From IMG/VR virus record IMGVR_UViG_3300027734_000034: a stretch of DNA of 64,000 nucleotides, one strand, 5' to 3'. The stretch is from a virus. Taxonomy: Duplodnaviria; Heunggongvirae; Uroviricota; Caudoviricetes. Positions 10,349 through 20,687 of the stretch are shown piece by piece. How positions within the stretch are numbered: the stretch's first letter is position 1; each line of letters opens with the position of its first letter. The position numbers and the translations under genes are program-made. Under the pieces are notes generated by a model. The model ran no database searches. It was not told the origin of the DNA and saw nothing but the letters and a program-made list of their open reading frames with translations.

Positions 10349-10873
10349 TTATGGTCTAATTAAGCATTCAGTAACTCTATATTTAATTCCCCAATTAATC
10401 TGTTCTATTATATATTTTGCAGCATCGCTAACTTCTATATATGATTCAGGGTTACAATCTCTTAATACCCGTTGAGTACCTACCCAGCCAAATTTAATAT
10501 TAATTACTTTGCATGGATCGTCTAAATGACTTAATTGCTCAGAGGCTTTGTCTAATGCAATTTTGTGTGCTGTATACATGTGGGGAAAATTTTTGATTCC
10601 GCAAGTAGTGGATGAACCTATATTAACTATTATTTTGTTGGAACCTTGCCAAACTTTAAATAACTCGTATAACAAAGTTACCTGATTAAAATCAGCGTAT
10701 GCATTATTGATGAATACATCACACTCAATAGACTGTAATATTATAGATTCTCTGTTTTCTTTAACTGTAATATCATATCCATTACTCTTAGAGAACCCTA
10801 TATAATTTGATTCTAATAAATTAGTCAATGCTAATCCTATCCCTTGAGTATGACCTGTAATTGCGTACTTCAT
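10349..10873 (-). CDS. SDR-like oxidoreductase
   Basis: ITGHTQGIG, DVFINNA, IVNIGS, YTAHK. Confidence 0.8.
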   Translation of the reverse strand: MKYAITGHTQGIGLALTNLLESNYIGFSKSNGYDITVKENRESIILQSIECDVFINNAYADFNQVTLLYELFKVWQGSNKIIVNIGSSTTCGIKNFPHMYTAHKIALDKASEQLSHLDDPCKVINIKFGWVGTQRVLRDCNPESYIEVSDAAKYIIEQINWGIKYRVTECLIRP

Positions 10874-11505
10874 ACAAACCTTTTGAATCCCCAAAGTCTT
10901 TCTTTGCACCACCAGCAGTTATTACAGTGTCCTAAAAAATCAGCCGGAGGATTTTCTATTTCGCAGCTTCTAGTTAATGGAAATAACGTTTCTGTTAAGT
11001 TTAAAGAGTGGTACATTTCAGCTATTTTTATTTTATCAATATTAAAAAATGGAAAACAAAAATTATCATAAATTATAGATTTTACTATTAACGGGTCTCT
11101 CTCCACATGTTCAGTATTGTCAATTGGTGTCAAAAAATTATCTGCTATGTCTTTAGGAGGATTAGCTGTTAATCCTGCATATAATTTAGTTATTTTTTTA
11201 TTTTCTAACATTTCATTGGGCAATCTAAGTAATTTTTCATTATTTTGTACATCAAGATATACTACATGATGATTTATATTATTGTTTTTGGTTAACTCTA
11301 CGCACTTGTCAATTACATTAGCTGCAACTTTTGCCGGTAATCTTCCCTTAAGGTCTGGTGCTAATGTAAATACTTCAAGTGTTTCTTTTTTATTTAATAG
11401 TAAAATATACAATAAAAGGCTACTATCGGTTCCACCGGAGAAATTTATTCCTACGTTCCCATCAAATAATGGAATTTCTACATTTTCTATTATTATATTT
11501 TTCAT
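10870..11505 (-). CDS. QueC-like PP-loop ATPase
   Basis: SGGTDS, PFFNIDK, TRSCE, CNNCWWCKER. Confidence 0.75.
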   Translation of the reverse strand: MKNIIIENVEIPLFDGNVGINFSGGTDSSLLLYILLLNKKETLEVFTLAPDLKGRLPAKVAANVIDKCVELTKNNNINHHVVYLDVQNNEKLLRLPNEMLENKKITKLYAGLTANPPKDIADNFLTPIDNTEHVERDPLIVKSIIYDNFCFPFFNIDKIKIAEMYHSLNLTETLFPLTRSCEIENPPADFLGHCNNCWWCKERLWGFKRFV

Positions 11506-12611
11506 ATCGTCCTCTTTGGCAATTTACTATCGGCACTACTTACACATGAATTACTTATACAAATCATAGGCTTATCGAATAATTTGAATCCAGTCTCTAT
11601 GTTTCCCAGTGGAGTATCAGTGCAACTATAACTACGCTTGATACTACCATCTGGTTCTCTGATGATTATGCCTTGAAATCCACTATTACATTCCCAACCT
11701 TTAAAATTGTTGAACCCGAACGCATTGAATCGTTCTGCTTGATCCATGTACCATTTCTTACCGTATTTATCAGTGAATTCTACTTGCATGTGTGCAGGCA
11801 CACTACTATCATTTTCTCCTGCCATGTGAGGAGGAACTTCAAATTTAGCTTTTGGTCTATCATTCCATACACGCTTCTTTTCAGTATAAGCACGTTGCGG
11901 CATACCATTATGTAACTGTTTCATCTGTTCTTCAGTATACCCACTGACTACAAAATTAGCAGTAGGATCGCTCTGCGGTTTCAACGTGACATTGATTCCT
12001 TGATTGTGGAAGAACAATGCATTCTCGTAGTCTTTATCAAACCATGCGGGAACCATTACCATGTTGATGGTTATCTGTACATCATGTTCTTGACAGAATA
12101 TCAGTTTATCTGCAAAGTCTTGCATCTTCTCAATCGTGTCAAGATGCTCTGTGTGTAGACTCGCCGTGATGCTAGCACGATGAAATTTCTTAGCATGTTC
12201 TACATATGTCTCAAACCATTTCATATTCCTAGAACAGTTACTGGTCATATGTATGCTAGTGTAATTAGTATTGTCTACATCATTCGCTAGATACTTTAGT
12301 ATGTCTAGATATCCAGGATGAAACGTAGGTTCACCACCACTTAGACTAAAATGAAAACTATTAAATCCATTAAGTCTAGCTTGAGATTTTATCTCATCTA
12401 TAGTACTTAAGCATAACTCTGTAGGTCTATGGTCTTTCGTATCACTACGGGCATAAGGCCAGCAATAGCTACATTTGTAGTTACAAAATCTACCTAGCAA
12501 CCAACTGACGGTGAATAGGTCACGATACAATAAAGTTCGTTGGCCTACTTGCACTATATCTTTAAATGGGATTTTAGTGAAATCATAATCACTGTATTTT
12601 AAATCAGTCAT
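11502..12611 (-). CDS. Radical SAM protein
   Basis: CNYKCSYC; SGGEPT; C-terminal Cys cluster. Confidence 0.9.
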   Translation of the reverse strand: MTDLKYSDYDFTKIPFKDIVQVGQRTLLYRDLFTVSWLLGRFCNYKCSYCWPYARSDTKDHRPTELCLSTIDEIKSQARLNGFNSFHFSLSGGEPTFHPGYLDILKYLANDVDNTNYTSIHMTSNCSRNMKWFETYVEHAKKFHRASITASLHTEHLDTIEKMQDFADKLIFCQEHDVQITINMVMVPAWFDKDYENALFFHNQGINVTLKPQSDPTANFVVSGYTEEQMKQLHNGMPQRAYTEKKRVWNDRPKAKFEVPPHMAGENDSSVPAHMQVEFTDKYGKKWYMDQAERFNAFGFNNFKGWECNSGFQGIIIREPDGSIKRSYSCTDTPLGNIETGFKLFDKPMICISNSCVSSADSKLPKRTI

Positions 12612-13564
12612 AATATATATGGGGCCACATTAAATCCATGTTTGGACAATAACGACAAATTCTTTTTGTGCCAAACAATCAATTCATCATTAAATGATGA
12701 ATCATAGTCAATATCAAATATTTCTTCTAAATATCCTTTAATAAAGATTTTAGAATAATCAATAATAGTAACTCCTCTTTCTTTTAATGCTGGGATTTGA
12801 AAATTTGAATAGGCTTCAAAATTTCCCATTATTTTATAAAAATACTTATTATATAAATCAAACGGAGTTGAATTAAAAATTTCATTAAAGGTAATGTTTT
12901 TATCATATTTCATATATGCAATTACGTCTAACTGCATTCCGTACATAATCGTTATGTTATTTTTTATAACCCAATCTAGTCCATTGTTTAACAAGCTAGA
13001 CAATTCAGCGTCATTTATATACCTACTACGGTCATGCTCAAAAAATTTAATTTTATCATTCTCTTTAAGGCAGATATGTTTAACTGCTAAATCTTTTATA
13101 AATAATAAACTTCCTGCATAAGTATACCATTTTTCATTATCAGCACATATCAAATAAGTATTTTCTTTAGTAAAGTATGAATTTGATAAAATATTGCATC
13201 TAAACAAAGGTGGCTTGTGATCTTGTTTTAAATAAACAATAGCCTCATTTACTTTGTCTTTTATGTTATACCCTAAAAAATCATTTTTAGTTTTTATGAC
13301 ATTGATTAAATCAGTAATTGATGAATTGTAAGTAAGGTTGCAATGATATACTAAATGAAAAAAATATGGCAATCTGACTAAAGTTCTATTTTCTGAAGTT
13401 ACAATAACTTGAGTAGAAACATTATTCCTAAATTTTTTAGTATGTGTCGAGATTAAATTAGTTAAAAATTCACCACCTGCCCCTCCACCATACATGAGAT
13501 AGTATATTGGATAATTGCATAATGCTTCTAAAATTAGTTCATCATCATTCATATATAGCTCCAT
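12608..13564 (-). CDS. Hypothetical protein (YGGGAGGEF N-terminal loop)
   Basis: 318 aa ORF coupled to its neighbours; N-terminal loop similar to 8411-9166. Confidence 0.6.
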   Translation of the reverse strand: MELYMNDDELILEALCNYPIYYLMYGGGAGGEFLTNLISTHTKKFRNNVSTQVIVTSENRTLVRLPYFFHLVYHCNLTYNSSITDLINVIKTKNDFLGYNIKDKVNEAIVYLKQDHKPPLFRCNILSNSYFTKENTYLICADNEKWYTYAGSLLFIKDLAVKHICLKENDKIKFFEHDRSRYINDAELSSLLNNGLDWVIKNNITIMYGMQLDVIAYMKYDKNITFNEIFNSTPFDLYNKYFYKIMGNFEAYSNFQIPALKERGVTIIDYSKIFIKGYLEEIFDIDYDSSFNDELIVWHKKNLSLLSKHGFNVAPYIL

Positions 13565-14838
13565 GTTTTTATTAAAGTAGAAACAAATGGAAAAATATTA
13601 ATCCAATCTTGTTTTTGATTTATAGCTAACCGATTAAATACTCCTACTAATTGTTTTCGTGTTTCATTGAGCAACGATTCAGACATTATCATACGAGATG
13701 AGGTACAATACTTCTCATAAGAATCAAGTTTTTTTAATATTTTTTTGTCCCCGTTAGCTTTGTTTTTTACAATATCAAATATAGTATTCTGTTGCCGTTC
13801 ATCAAGTAAATTGATATTGAAAAATGCTGGGTTATATACTAAATGACTAGTACCAGGATTTTCTATGTCTCTGTTTATCTTCTTATAGTTTTGCTTCTTT
13901 ATCCATATCATTAAGTCAGAGTAATGTTCCAGTGTTAATATACTTACTGTAGTAGAAGTGAACACAGTAATGTTTTCCGCAGATTCATCCAACATTTTTA
14001 AATTTTGTTCAATAGTTTCCCATTTTGAAGGGTAACGAACAGCATCGTTAGCAATTCCATACGCATCTACACTAGCGCAAATTCTAATCACTTTGAATTT
14101 TTTCCACATGTCAAACAACAACGGAGGGAATACAGTTAAGTTCACGCTATATTCTAACTCAATGTTTTTTGCGTAACCTTCTTCTATCAACCTATTCAAT
14201 AGATAATGATGGTACTTAATTATTAATGGTTCACCGCCACCGAACTTAATCTTGTTTAAATATTTTGAATTTTCGATTAATGCATCTATCTTATCTTTGT
14301 CATTGGCCCAATCAAAGTCGCTATCAGCTAATTTCAGATTGTAAATCTTGTCATCTACAATAAAATGATCATGTCCAGTTATCTCTTGATAATCTTTATA
14401 CCATAAGGTAGATTCACCGGGAAAACACATTACACATCGTAGATTACATTGATTTCCTATCCTAAGGTCTAGTGAAACTAACTTTGAATTAGTTATCGTA
14501 CCGTCGACGGTCGTGCTGTTGATAGCATCATCAATAGTAAATGTATCTAAATGTCTTTTAGTTTCCCAATCGTTTCTGCTGTTACTTCCCGTACTAGTAT
14601 CAACCTCACACCGCTTGCATTGTTCTGGCCACACCCCATTTAATATATCTTTGCGTACTTGCTTAAGTGTGTCACAATTTAATACATTGTCTATGTTAGC
14701 TAAACTATCTGCTTTCAATGTCACTTTATCTTTGGACAGCACGGTATTTTCATTACTACCACTTTGACTATGGGAACACATACGGAGTGTTCCGTTATTT
14801 TTAATTGCGACATGAGTCCAAGGTAAAGGGCACCACAT
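13549..14838 (-). CDS. Radical SAM protein with N-terminal SPASM/twitch-like Cys domain
   Basis: CPLPW..C..CKRC; CNLRCVMC; GGEP. Confidence 0.9.
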   Translation of the reverse strand: MWCPLPWTHVAIKNNGTLRMCSHSQSGSNENTVLSKDKVTLKADSLANIDNVLNCDTLKQVRKDILNGVWPEQCKRCEVDTSTGSNSRNDWETKRHLDTFTIDDAINSTTVDGTITNSKLVSLDLRIGNQCNLRCVMCFPGESTLWYKDYQEITGHDHFIVDDKIYNLKLADSDFDWANDKDKIDALIENSKYLNKIKFGGGEPLIIKYHHYLLNRLIEEGYAKNIELEYSVNLTVFPPLLFDMWKKFKVIRICASVDAYGIANDAVRYPSKWETIEQNLKMLDESAENITVFTSTTVSILTLEHYSDLMIWIKKQNYKKINRDIENPGTSHLVYNPAFFNINLLDERQQNTIFDIVKNKANGDKKILKKLDSYEKYCTSSRMIMSESLLNETRKQLVGVFNRLAINQKQDWINIFPFVSTLIKTWSYI

Positions 14839-14858
14839 ATATTCTTATTTGTTATTGA

Positions 14859-14877
14859 TATTTATACAGTATAAATA
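14859..14877. promoter_or_regulatory. Back-to-back T4-type late promoter motifs (TATTTATA-cag-TATAAATA)
   Basis: Exact TATAAATA on both strands between divergent genes. Confidence 0.65.
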
Positions 14878-14894
14878 CGCTGGGAACAATACTT

Positions 14895-15740
14895 ATGCGT
14901 GATTCGGAGAATAGACAATATACAAGTGAATGGCTACAACATGAACGCCCTCAACCCATGTACGATTCATCTATCAACAAACTATATGAATCAGTTTTCT
15001 ACACCAATCCGGCATACAATGATGATATAGCTAATGAATTCAAAATAGAATTCATACATTTTCTTAACAATCATTCACTCAGTAAATTATCAGGTATTGA
15101 TATGTTCCCTCATACTGATATATGTGTGGGGTGTACCCAATTTATTGATGATATCTATCAGCGTGTAGGTACCAATGATGTTATGATATTTGAAAATGAT
15201 TACAAATATCACTGGAGATTGAACAATGACATTGAATATGTTACATTAGATACGCTTGTTCCAAATAAAGAATTGATAATCTCTATGCCTTTCCCTGCAC
15301 ACGGAGATGTGCATCCATTAATGCATACTATATTAGACCGTTGCGAACAACTAGATATACCCGTGCATTTAGACGGTGCATGGATAACTTGTAGTAGAGA
15401 TATAACATTCAACTTTGATCACCCTGCTATCAAAACTTTTGCTGTAAGTCTAAGCAAAGGTGGAATGGGCAATGATAGAATAGGTGTACGATTTTCACGC
15501 ACTAGACCATGTGGAGCGATAACCATAATGAATGACTTTAATATGAATTGCAAAAGCCTGTTACATACTGGATTGAAGTTTATGCAAGAGTTAGGTTCTG
15601 AATATTTCTGGAAAAAATATGAGACTAGATACTATAAAGTATGTGAAGATTTCAATCTAATACCCACTAAATCTATACATGTAGCTAAAACAATGCAAGG
15701 AAAAATCGTAGGTATCAGACCTTTGTTGAGATGTTTATAA
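14895..15740 (+). CDS. PLP-dependent aminotransferase-fold protein
   Basis: ISMPF, VHLDGAW, SLSKG...RIGVRF. Confidence 0.7.
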   Translation: MRDSENRQYTSEWLQHERPQPMYDSSINKLYESVFYTNPAYNDDIANEFKIEFIHFLNNHSLSKLSGIDMFPHTDICVGCTQFIDDIYQRVGTNDVMIFENDYKYHWRLNNDIEYVTLDTLVPNKELIISMPFPAHGDVHPLMHTILDRCEQLDIPVHLDGAWITCSRDITFNFDHPAIKTFAVSLSKGGMGNDRIGVRFSRTRPCGAITIMNDFNMNCKSLLHTGLKFMQELGSEYFWKKYETRYYKVCEDFNLIPTKSIHVAKTMQGKIVGIRPLLRCL

Positions 15741-17054
15741 GAAGTATTTCTCTAATGATGGAATTATATCAACTATATCTTGATTACGTTCTTTATCTAA
15801 AAACTTAGTATAATTTACAAACTCTGAAAATTGAGTTTCGTGCAGGTCTTCTTGATTCATGTATGTAAGAATTCCAGTGTATATATCATTTGCACGTTCA
15901 ATTAACGCACTGTCAATTTCAGATTCATTTAATTTAATCATAGATTCTTTGTATCTAGTTTCTATCTGAGTTTTTATCTCAGGTGGCAGTACCCTAACAT
16001 TTAATGACAATGGACGATGTGCTACATGATGTGATATTATAGGACGATTTGACCTTATACTATCTAGACCACTTTCAAATATTTTCCATTCAACAAAATC
16101 AGCTATATGTAAAGCATTATATGCGGTAACTGTAACGGTCAACCAGCATTTTATATTTGTTTGAGTCTCTACTAACTTATTTAATTTTTGTAGATTGGGG
16201 TATAGTTGACTCCATTTAACAGGCCATCTTTGATATTCGACTACCTTACCAAATCCATCTATACTTACTCCTAACTCTACTTGCTTGAATTTTTTCCATA
16301 ATTCTAATGCTCTTTTGGGTAATGTGGTTCCGTTAGTATTATATTCTAATTTTATATTTTTGGCAACATCCTTGTCTATGCATTTTTGTAAGAACTCGTA
16401 GTGCCTCTCTATCATTAATGGTTCGCCTCCTGCCATATAAACATGCCGTATGTTAGCCAAGTTACTCTCAATTTGTGTCCAAAAATTCTCTGAGTCATGC
16501 CAATCATAATCATTAGTAGCAAGTCTGCCTACGCTGTTTCTAATAAGCTGAACTTTTCCGTGTGTATCATTAAAGCTATCTTTTCCAGTGTAAGAAGCCC
16601 ATTGCTCATACCAACTATGACTATCAGTGGGACCGCACATTCTGCAAACTAGATTACATAGATTTCCAAACCTCATGTCATAAGATATAACCGGAAATTT
16701 CTCAATATCAATAGTTCCATCATCACTAGTATCATTTATTACATCATCTAATGACATTTCCCAATCAGCAATAGCATAATGTCTGTTGCTGGTCAATCCA
16801 TTGTTTTCTTCTACTGTGCATCTTTTACATTCAGGACTCCATTCACCTACAATCATGTTCTTTCTAAGACGCTTCATTAACTCTGAATTACGTGATTCAT
16901 CTAAATTGGCTGTTGCAGCATTAAATGTAGTGCCATCATCTCTGATAAGGATTCCCCTATTAGGACTTTGATTTGCTTGACAGCAAACGCGAACATCTCC
17001 GTTGTTACGGAATGCTTGGTAAACCCAAGGCAAAGGACAAAACGTATCAGACAT
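15735..17054 (-). CDS. Radical SAM protein with N-terminal SPASM/twitch-like domain
   Basis: CPLPW..VCC..CKRC; CNLVCRMC; AGGEP. Confidence 0.92.
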   Translation of the reverse strand: MSDTFCPLPWVYQAFRNNGDVRVCCQANQSPNRGILIRDDGTTFNAATANLDESRNSELMKRLRKNMIVGEWSPECKRCTVEENNGLTSNRHYAIADWEMSLDDVINDTSDDGTIDIEKFPVISYDMRFGNLCNLVCRMCGPTDSHSWYEQWASYTGKDSFNDTHGKVQLIRNSVGRLATNDYDWHDSENFWTQIESNLANIRHVYMAGGEPLMIERHYEFLQKCIDKDVAKNIKLEYNTNGTTLPKRALELWKKFKQVELGVSIDGFGKVVEYQRWPVKWSQLYPNLQKLNKLVETQTNIKCWLTVTVTAYNALHIADFVEWKIFESGLDSIRSNRPIISHHVAHRPLSLNVRVLPPEIKTQIETRYKESMIKLNESEIDSALIERANDIYTGILTYMNQEDLHETQFSEFVNYTKFLDKERNQDIVDIIPSLEKYFL

Positions 17055-17057
17055 AAT

Positions 17058-18383
17058 TTAAGTGCTCATTTCTTTTAATAATTTATATGTAATTGGACTA
17101 ACAATCTCTAATGATTGATCTCTCATTTGATCTAATTTATTAGTTATCTCAAAAAAATTAGTAAGTTCATGTGACAAATCTTCAGAGTTCATAAATTTTA
17201 CTGCCCTATCTAGCTCCTTACAAAAAAACTTGTAATTAATTTCTTGTGTTTTTGTATTCATAATTCTTTCTTTATATGTTACCTTGCATTCTTCAAAATA
17301 GTTACTTATAAAAAGTTTACTAGTTAATGGAAAAATTTTAATATTATAACGTGCAGGTCCGTGTAATAAATGTGAATCAAATTTTGTATCAGGGAAATTT
17401 TCAAATTTCCATAACATTAACTCTGGTAGCTGTAACAGGTTAAAAACCATAATGGTAGGAGATATAACTGTTCTAAAATTTCCTTTTGCAGTAGTTAATT
17501 TAGACAAGTTATTTTCAATCTGTTTCCATTTACTTGGATATCGTATATAATCATTTAATTCTCCGACTCCATCAATACTAGGAGCAATTTGAATCAGTTT
17601 AAAATGTTCCCATAGCCCCCATGCTTTTTTAGGTATGTTAGTGAGATTAGTCATTACTTCAATATAAATTTGATTAGCATAACCCAATGAAATGCATTTT
17701 TCTAAAAAGCTATAATGATTGTCTATTAACAATGGCTCTCCGCCTATAATAAAAATATGCTTAAGATTAGGTATATGCTTTTCTAAATTTTTCCAAAATA
17801 GTTCTTGTTCATGCCAATTATAAATATCTGTCTCTAGTTTTGCTTTTTCAGTTAAGTTTGTTATAATTTTTAATTGATTACCCGATTGATCAGTAAAATA
17901 ATTATTATTAAATAAAGTAACATGGTCATCATACCAAGCACTGGAATCAGTTGGGCCGCACATTCTACATTTAAGATTGCATAGATTACCAAATCTTAAA
18001 TCTGCATATTTAATGGGTACACTAGTTTCATCTATAGAACCATCTTCATTCGTTCTAGTTACTGCATCATTTAATGAAAATTCTTTATTCCAATTCTCAA
18101 TCATCTGTATTCTATTACTTCTATATCCAGTAGATTCTTCTTTCACGCACCTACTACACATTTTTGGAGACTCGTTAGCTAGTATAGTTTTTCTTACTTC
18201 TTTTAGAATTTTGGAATTTCTAAACGTTTCTAATCCATCTTTGGCTATATTAAAGTTTTCACCGTTGTCTTTTGTTATTGAACCTTTAGTAATAGAGGAA
18301 TCTGCTTGACAACAAACTCGTAAATCACCGGTACTCCTAGTGCTTACTCCTATCCACGGCAACGGACAATATGTATTAGACAT
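17058..18383 (-). CDS. Radical SAM protein with N-terminal SPASM/twitch-like domain
   Basis: CPLPW..VCC..CSRC; CNLKCRMC; IGGEP. Confidence 0.92.
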   Translation of the reverse strand: MSNTYCPLPWIGVSTRSTGDLRVCCQADSSITKGSITKDNGENFNIAKDGLETFRNSKILKEVRKTILANESPKMCSRCVKEESTGYRSNRIQMIENWNKEFSLNDAVTRTNEDGSIDETSVPIKYADLRFGNLCNLKCRMCGPTDSSAWYDDHVTLFNNNYFTDQSGNQLKIITNLTEKAKLETDIYNWHEQELFWKNLEKHIPNLKHIFIIGGEPLLIDNHYSFLEKCISLGYANQIYIEVMTNLTNIPKKAWGLWEHFKLIQIAPSIDGVGELNDYIRYPSKWKQIENNLSKLTTAKGNFRTVISPTIMVFNLLQLPELMLWKFENFPDTKFDSHLLHGPARYNIKIFPLTSKLFISNYFEECKVTYKERIMNTKTQEINYKFFCKELDRAVKFMNSEDLSHELTNFFEITNKLDQMRDQSLEIVSPITYKLLKEMST

Positions 18384-19302
18384 AATTAGGAGACCATTTC
18401 TCAACTAAAGCATCTTGCTTACAATGACATTCATGTTTATATGTGCAAGTTATGGGTTCTGTTGGTAAAGTATATCCAGAATAAACATTGCCTATTTTTC
18501 CACCTACTCTTGGCCAGCATCTAGATATATCACCATTTGGATCAATTACAAAACGGTCTATTCCTGCATTGCATTTCCAATCTGTAAAAATGTTTTTTTG
18601 ATTCACTACTAAACTGTTCCAATTTGCTTGAACTCCGTTTAAAAAAATATTCTTTGGATATAAATCTAACCATGTTGGAAAACTAATAATAGAAGTTTTT
18701 TTAGGATATGATCGAATGTACTCTAATTGACTTTCAGTATATGGATATAACTCATCGCATATTAAACTTTTTCTTACGGGTTTAATATCAATTAATATAT
18801 CTAATTTTTCAAATTCCTTAATAGCAGTTAACCCTTTTTCCCAATAATCAGGCGTTATCAATAATGAAACCATTGGGAAACATTTATCTTTCATTATTTT
18901 AACAACCTGTACCAAATGCTCAGTGTCCACTTCTTTTGAGTGCCATGAAAACAAAAACATTGAATTGCTAGACTTAAACTGTTCCCAATATCTGAGAGTC
19001 CTAGATCCATTGGTGTTTATTTCAATCACAAGATTTTCATGTGAAACGCTATCCATAAATGCTTGTAATTGCGGCCATTGTGTGGGTTCCCCACCTATTA
19101 TCTCTAAACACACATGTGAGTTTTTTTGTCGTACTTTGTTAATAAAGTTAGCTACAGCTATATAATTTATATTCCATCTTTCAGAACCATCATTACTATT
19201 TGGGTGACAATAATCACATGTATAATTACACACATTATGTGGTTTAAACGATATCATTGCTATGTTTTTTGGACCAGAATTAGTTAAGTGAATAGGTATC
19301 AT
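18376..19302 (-). CDS. Radical SAM protein with C-terminal Cys cluster
   Basis: CNYTCDYC; GGEPT; NTNGSR; CNAG...C...C.C. Confidence 0.9.
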   Translation of the reverse strand: MIPIHLTNSGPKNIAMISFKPHNVCNYTCDYCHPNSNDGSERWNINYIAVANFINKVRQKNSHVCLEIIGGEPTQWPQLQAFMDSVSHENLVIEINTNGSRTLRYWEQFKSSNSMFLFSWHSKEVDTEHLVQVVKIMKDKCFPMVSLLITPDYWEKGLTAIKEFEKLDILIDIKPVRKSLICDELYPYTESQLEYIRSYPKKTSIISFPTWLDLYPKNIFLNGVQANWNSLVVNQKNIFTDWKCNAGIDRFVIDPNGDISRCWPRVGGKIGNVYSGYTLPTEPITCTYKHECHCKQDALVEKWSPNYV

Positions 19303-20687
19303 TTAAATATATCTTTCATTTCTGGAAAAGTGTCATAAAAATTAGTACCGCGATATCTATCAACCTTCTCGAGGTAGTCTTTAGTTTCTGGTAATCTCAC
19401 GCTCCAATCATCGCTTTTCATAAAGCTAATCATACCGCGCAGTCTATCAATACCATAAGACGCAACTTTCCAATCTTCTTTGGTTACTTTACCTTTGTGC
19501 CATGATGGAATACCTAACTCCCAATTTTCTTCCCACCACGGTATGAATTCTTCATACTTGCGTTCGCACTCATCTTTGAACCATTTAGGCAATATCTTCA
19601 CGTTCAAAAATGCAGGCCAATAGACAAAGTGATAGTTGATGCCACCCGCACCGAATGGCCACATATTTATTTTCTTGAAGTTCTGCTCTAACTTCCATTT
19701 TACAAAGTCTGGAATGTAATAAATGTTCAATGCGTTGACTGCACATGCAACAGTTATCTCTACATTGTCGCTAGTCTGTGTATCTAGTATATGAAATACT
19801 TCTTCTGTACGACTCCATTTGCTTGGATAACGTATGTAATCGTTCATCTCATGTATACTGTCTACACTATAGTGAAAACGAACAATCTTGAAATGTTTCC
19901 ATAATTCAAATAAATCTTCACGCCATTCTACTCCGTTACTGTTATAGCGTATCTCCATATCTTTAGCATATCCTTGACGGATGCATTCTTCTAAGATATC
20001 ATAGTGTTCTTCAATGATGAGACTCTCGCCACCTGCAAAATACAATTGCTTCATGTTTGGAATCTGTTCATAGAACTGTTTCCAAAATACTGGATTATTC
20101 TTGTGCCAATTATAGCTGCTTCCGTTTGTACTTCCTTTATTATCCCATTGCCATATCTCTTTTACATTCTTATTTTCAATGGTAGGATAGATATTTTGCC
20201 ATTCTTTAATCCAACCTGAACTGTCATGCGGGCTGCACATGATGCAAGCCAACTGACATTTAGTTCCAAATCTTAAATCAATATATGCTAATTGAGGTGG
20301 TACTTCGCCGTCACTTGTTGTCTCAGCTAATAACTTATCTAAGTCAACTCTTTCTTTCCAATACTTAGTTTCCCACATGCGTTTGCTGTTATGTCCTGCT
20401 CGTTCCTCTTCATAACACTTGCGACAGCTTGGTGGTTCTTCACCGTTCAACATCTGCTTACGCACGTTCCTCATGTAAGTACTATTCCAACTAGAGACAA
20501 AATCACTCACGTTCAGATTATTAGGACGACCTTCTTCATCTTTTAATATGCCTACATTACCACCACCAATTTTGTCATTAGTGATGCCTACACTACTAGC
20601 GTTGGCAGTACAGCATACACGCATCTGCCCATCTGGACGAGTGCTGAGATGTACCCAAGGTAAAATACAGAATGTTTTAGAAGTCAT
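19299..20687 (-). CDS. Radical SAM protein with N-terminal SPASM/twitch-like domain
   Basis: CILPW..VCC..CRKC; CQLACIMC; AGGES. Confidence 0.92.
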   Translation of the reverse strand: MTSKTFCILPWVHLSTRPDGQMRVCCTANASSVGITNDKIGGGNVGILKDEEGRPNNLNVSDFVSSWNSTYMRNVRKQMLNGEEPPSCRKCYEEERAGHNSKRMWETKYWKERVDLDKLLAETTSDGEVPPQLAYIDLRFGTKCQLACIMCSPHDSSGWIKEWQNIYPTIENKNVKEIWQWDNKGSTNGSSYNWHKNNPVFWKQFYEQIPNMKQLYFAGGESLIIEEHYDILEECIRQGYAKDMEIRYNSNGVEWREDLFELWKHFKIVRFHYSVDSIHEMNDYIRYPSKWSRTEEVFHILDTQTSDNVEITVACAVNALNIYYIPDFVKWKLEQNFKKINMWPFGAGGINYHFVYWPAFLNVKILPKWFKDECERKYEEFIPWWEENWELGIPSWHKGKVTKEDWKVASYGIDRLRGMISFMKSDDWSVRLPETKDYLEKVDRYRGTNFYDTFPEMKDIFK

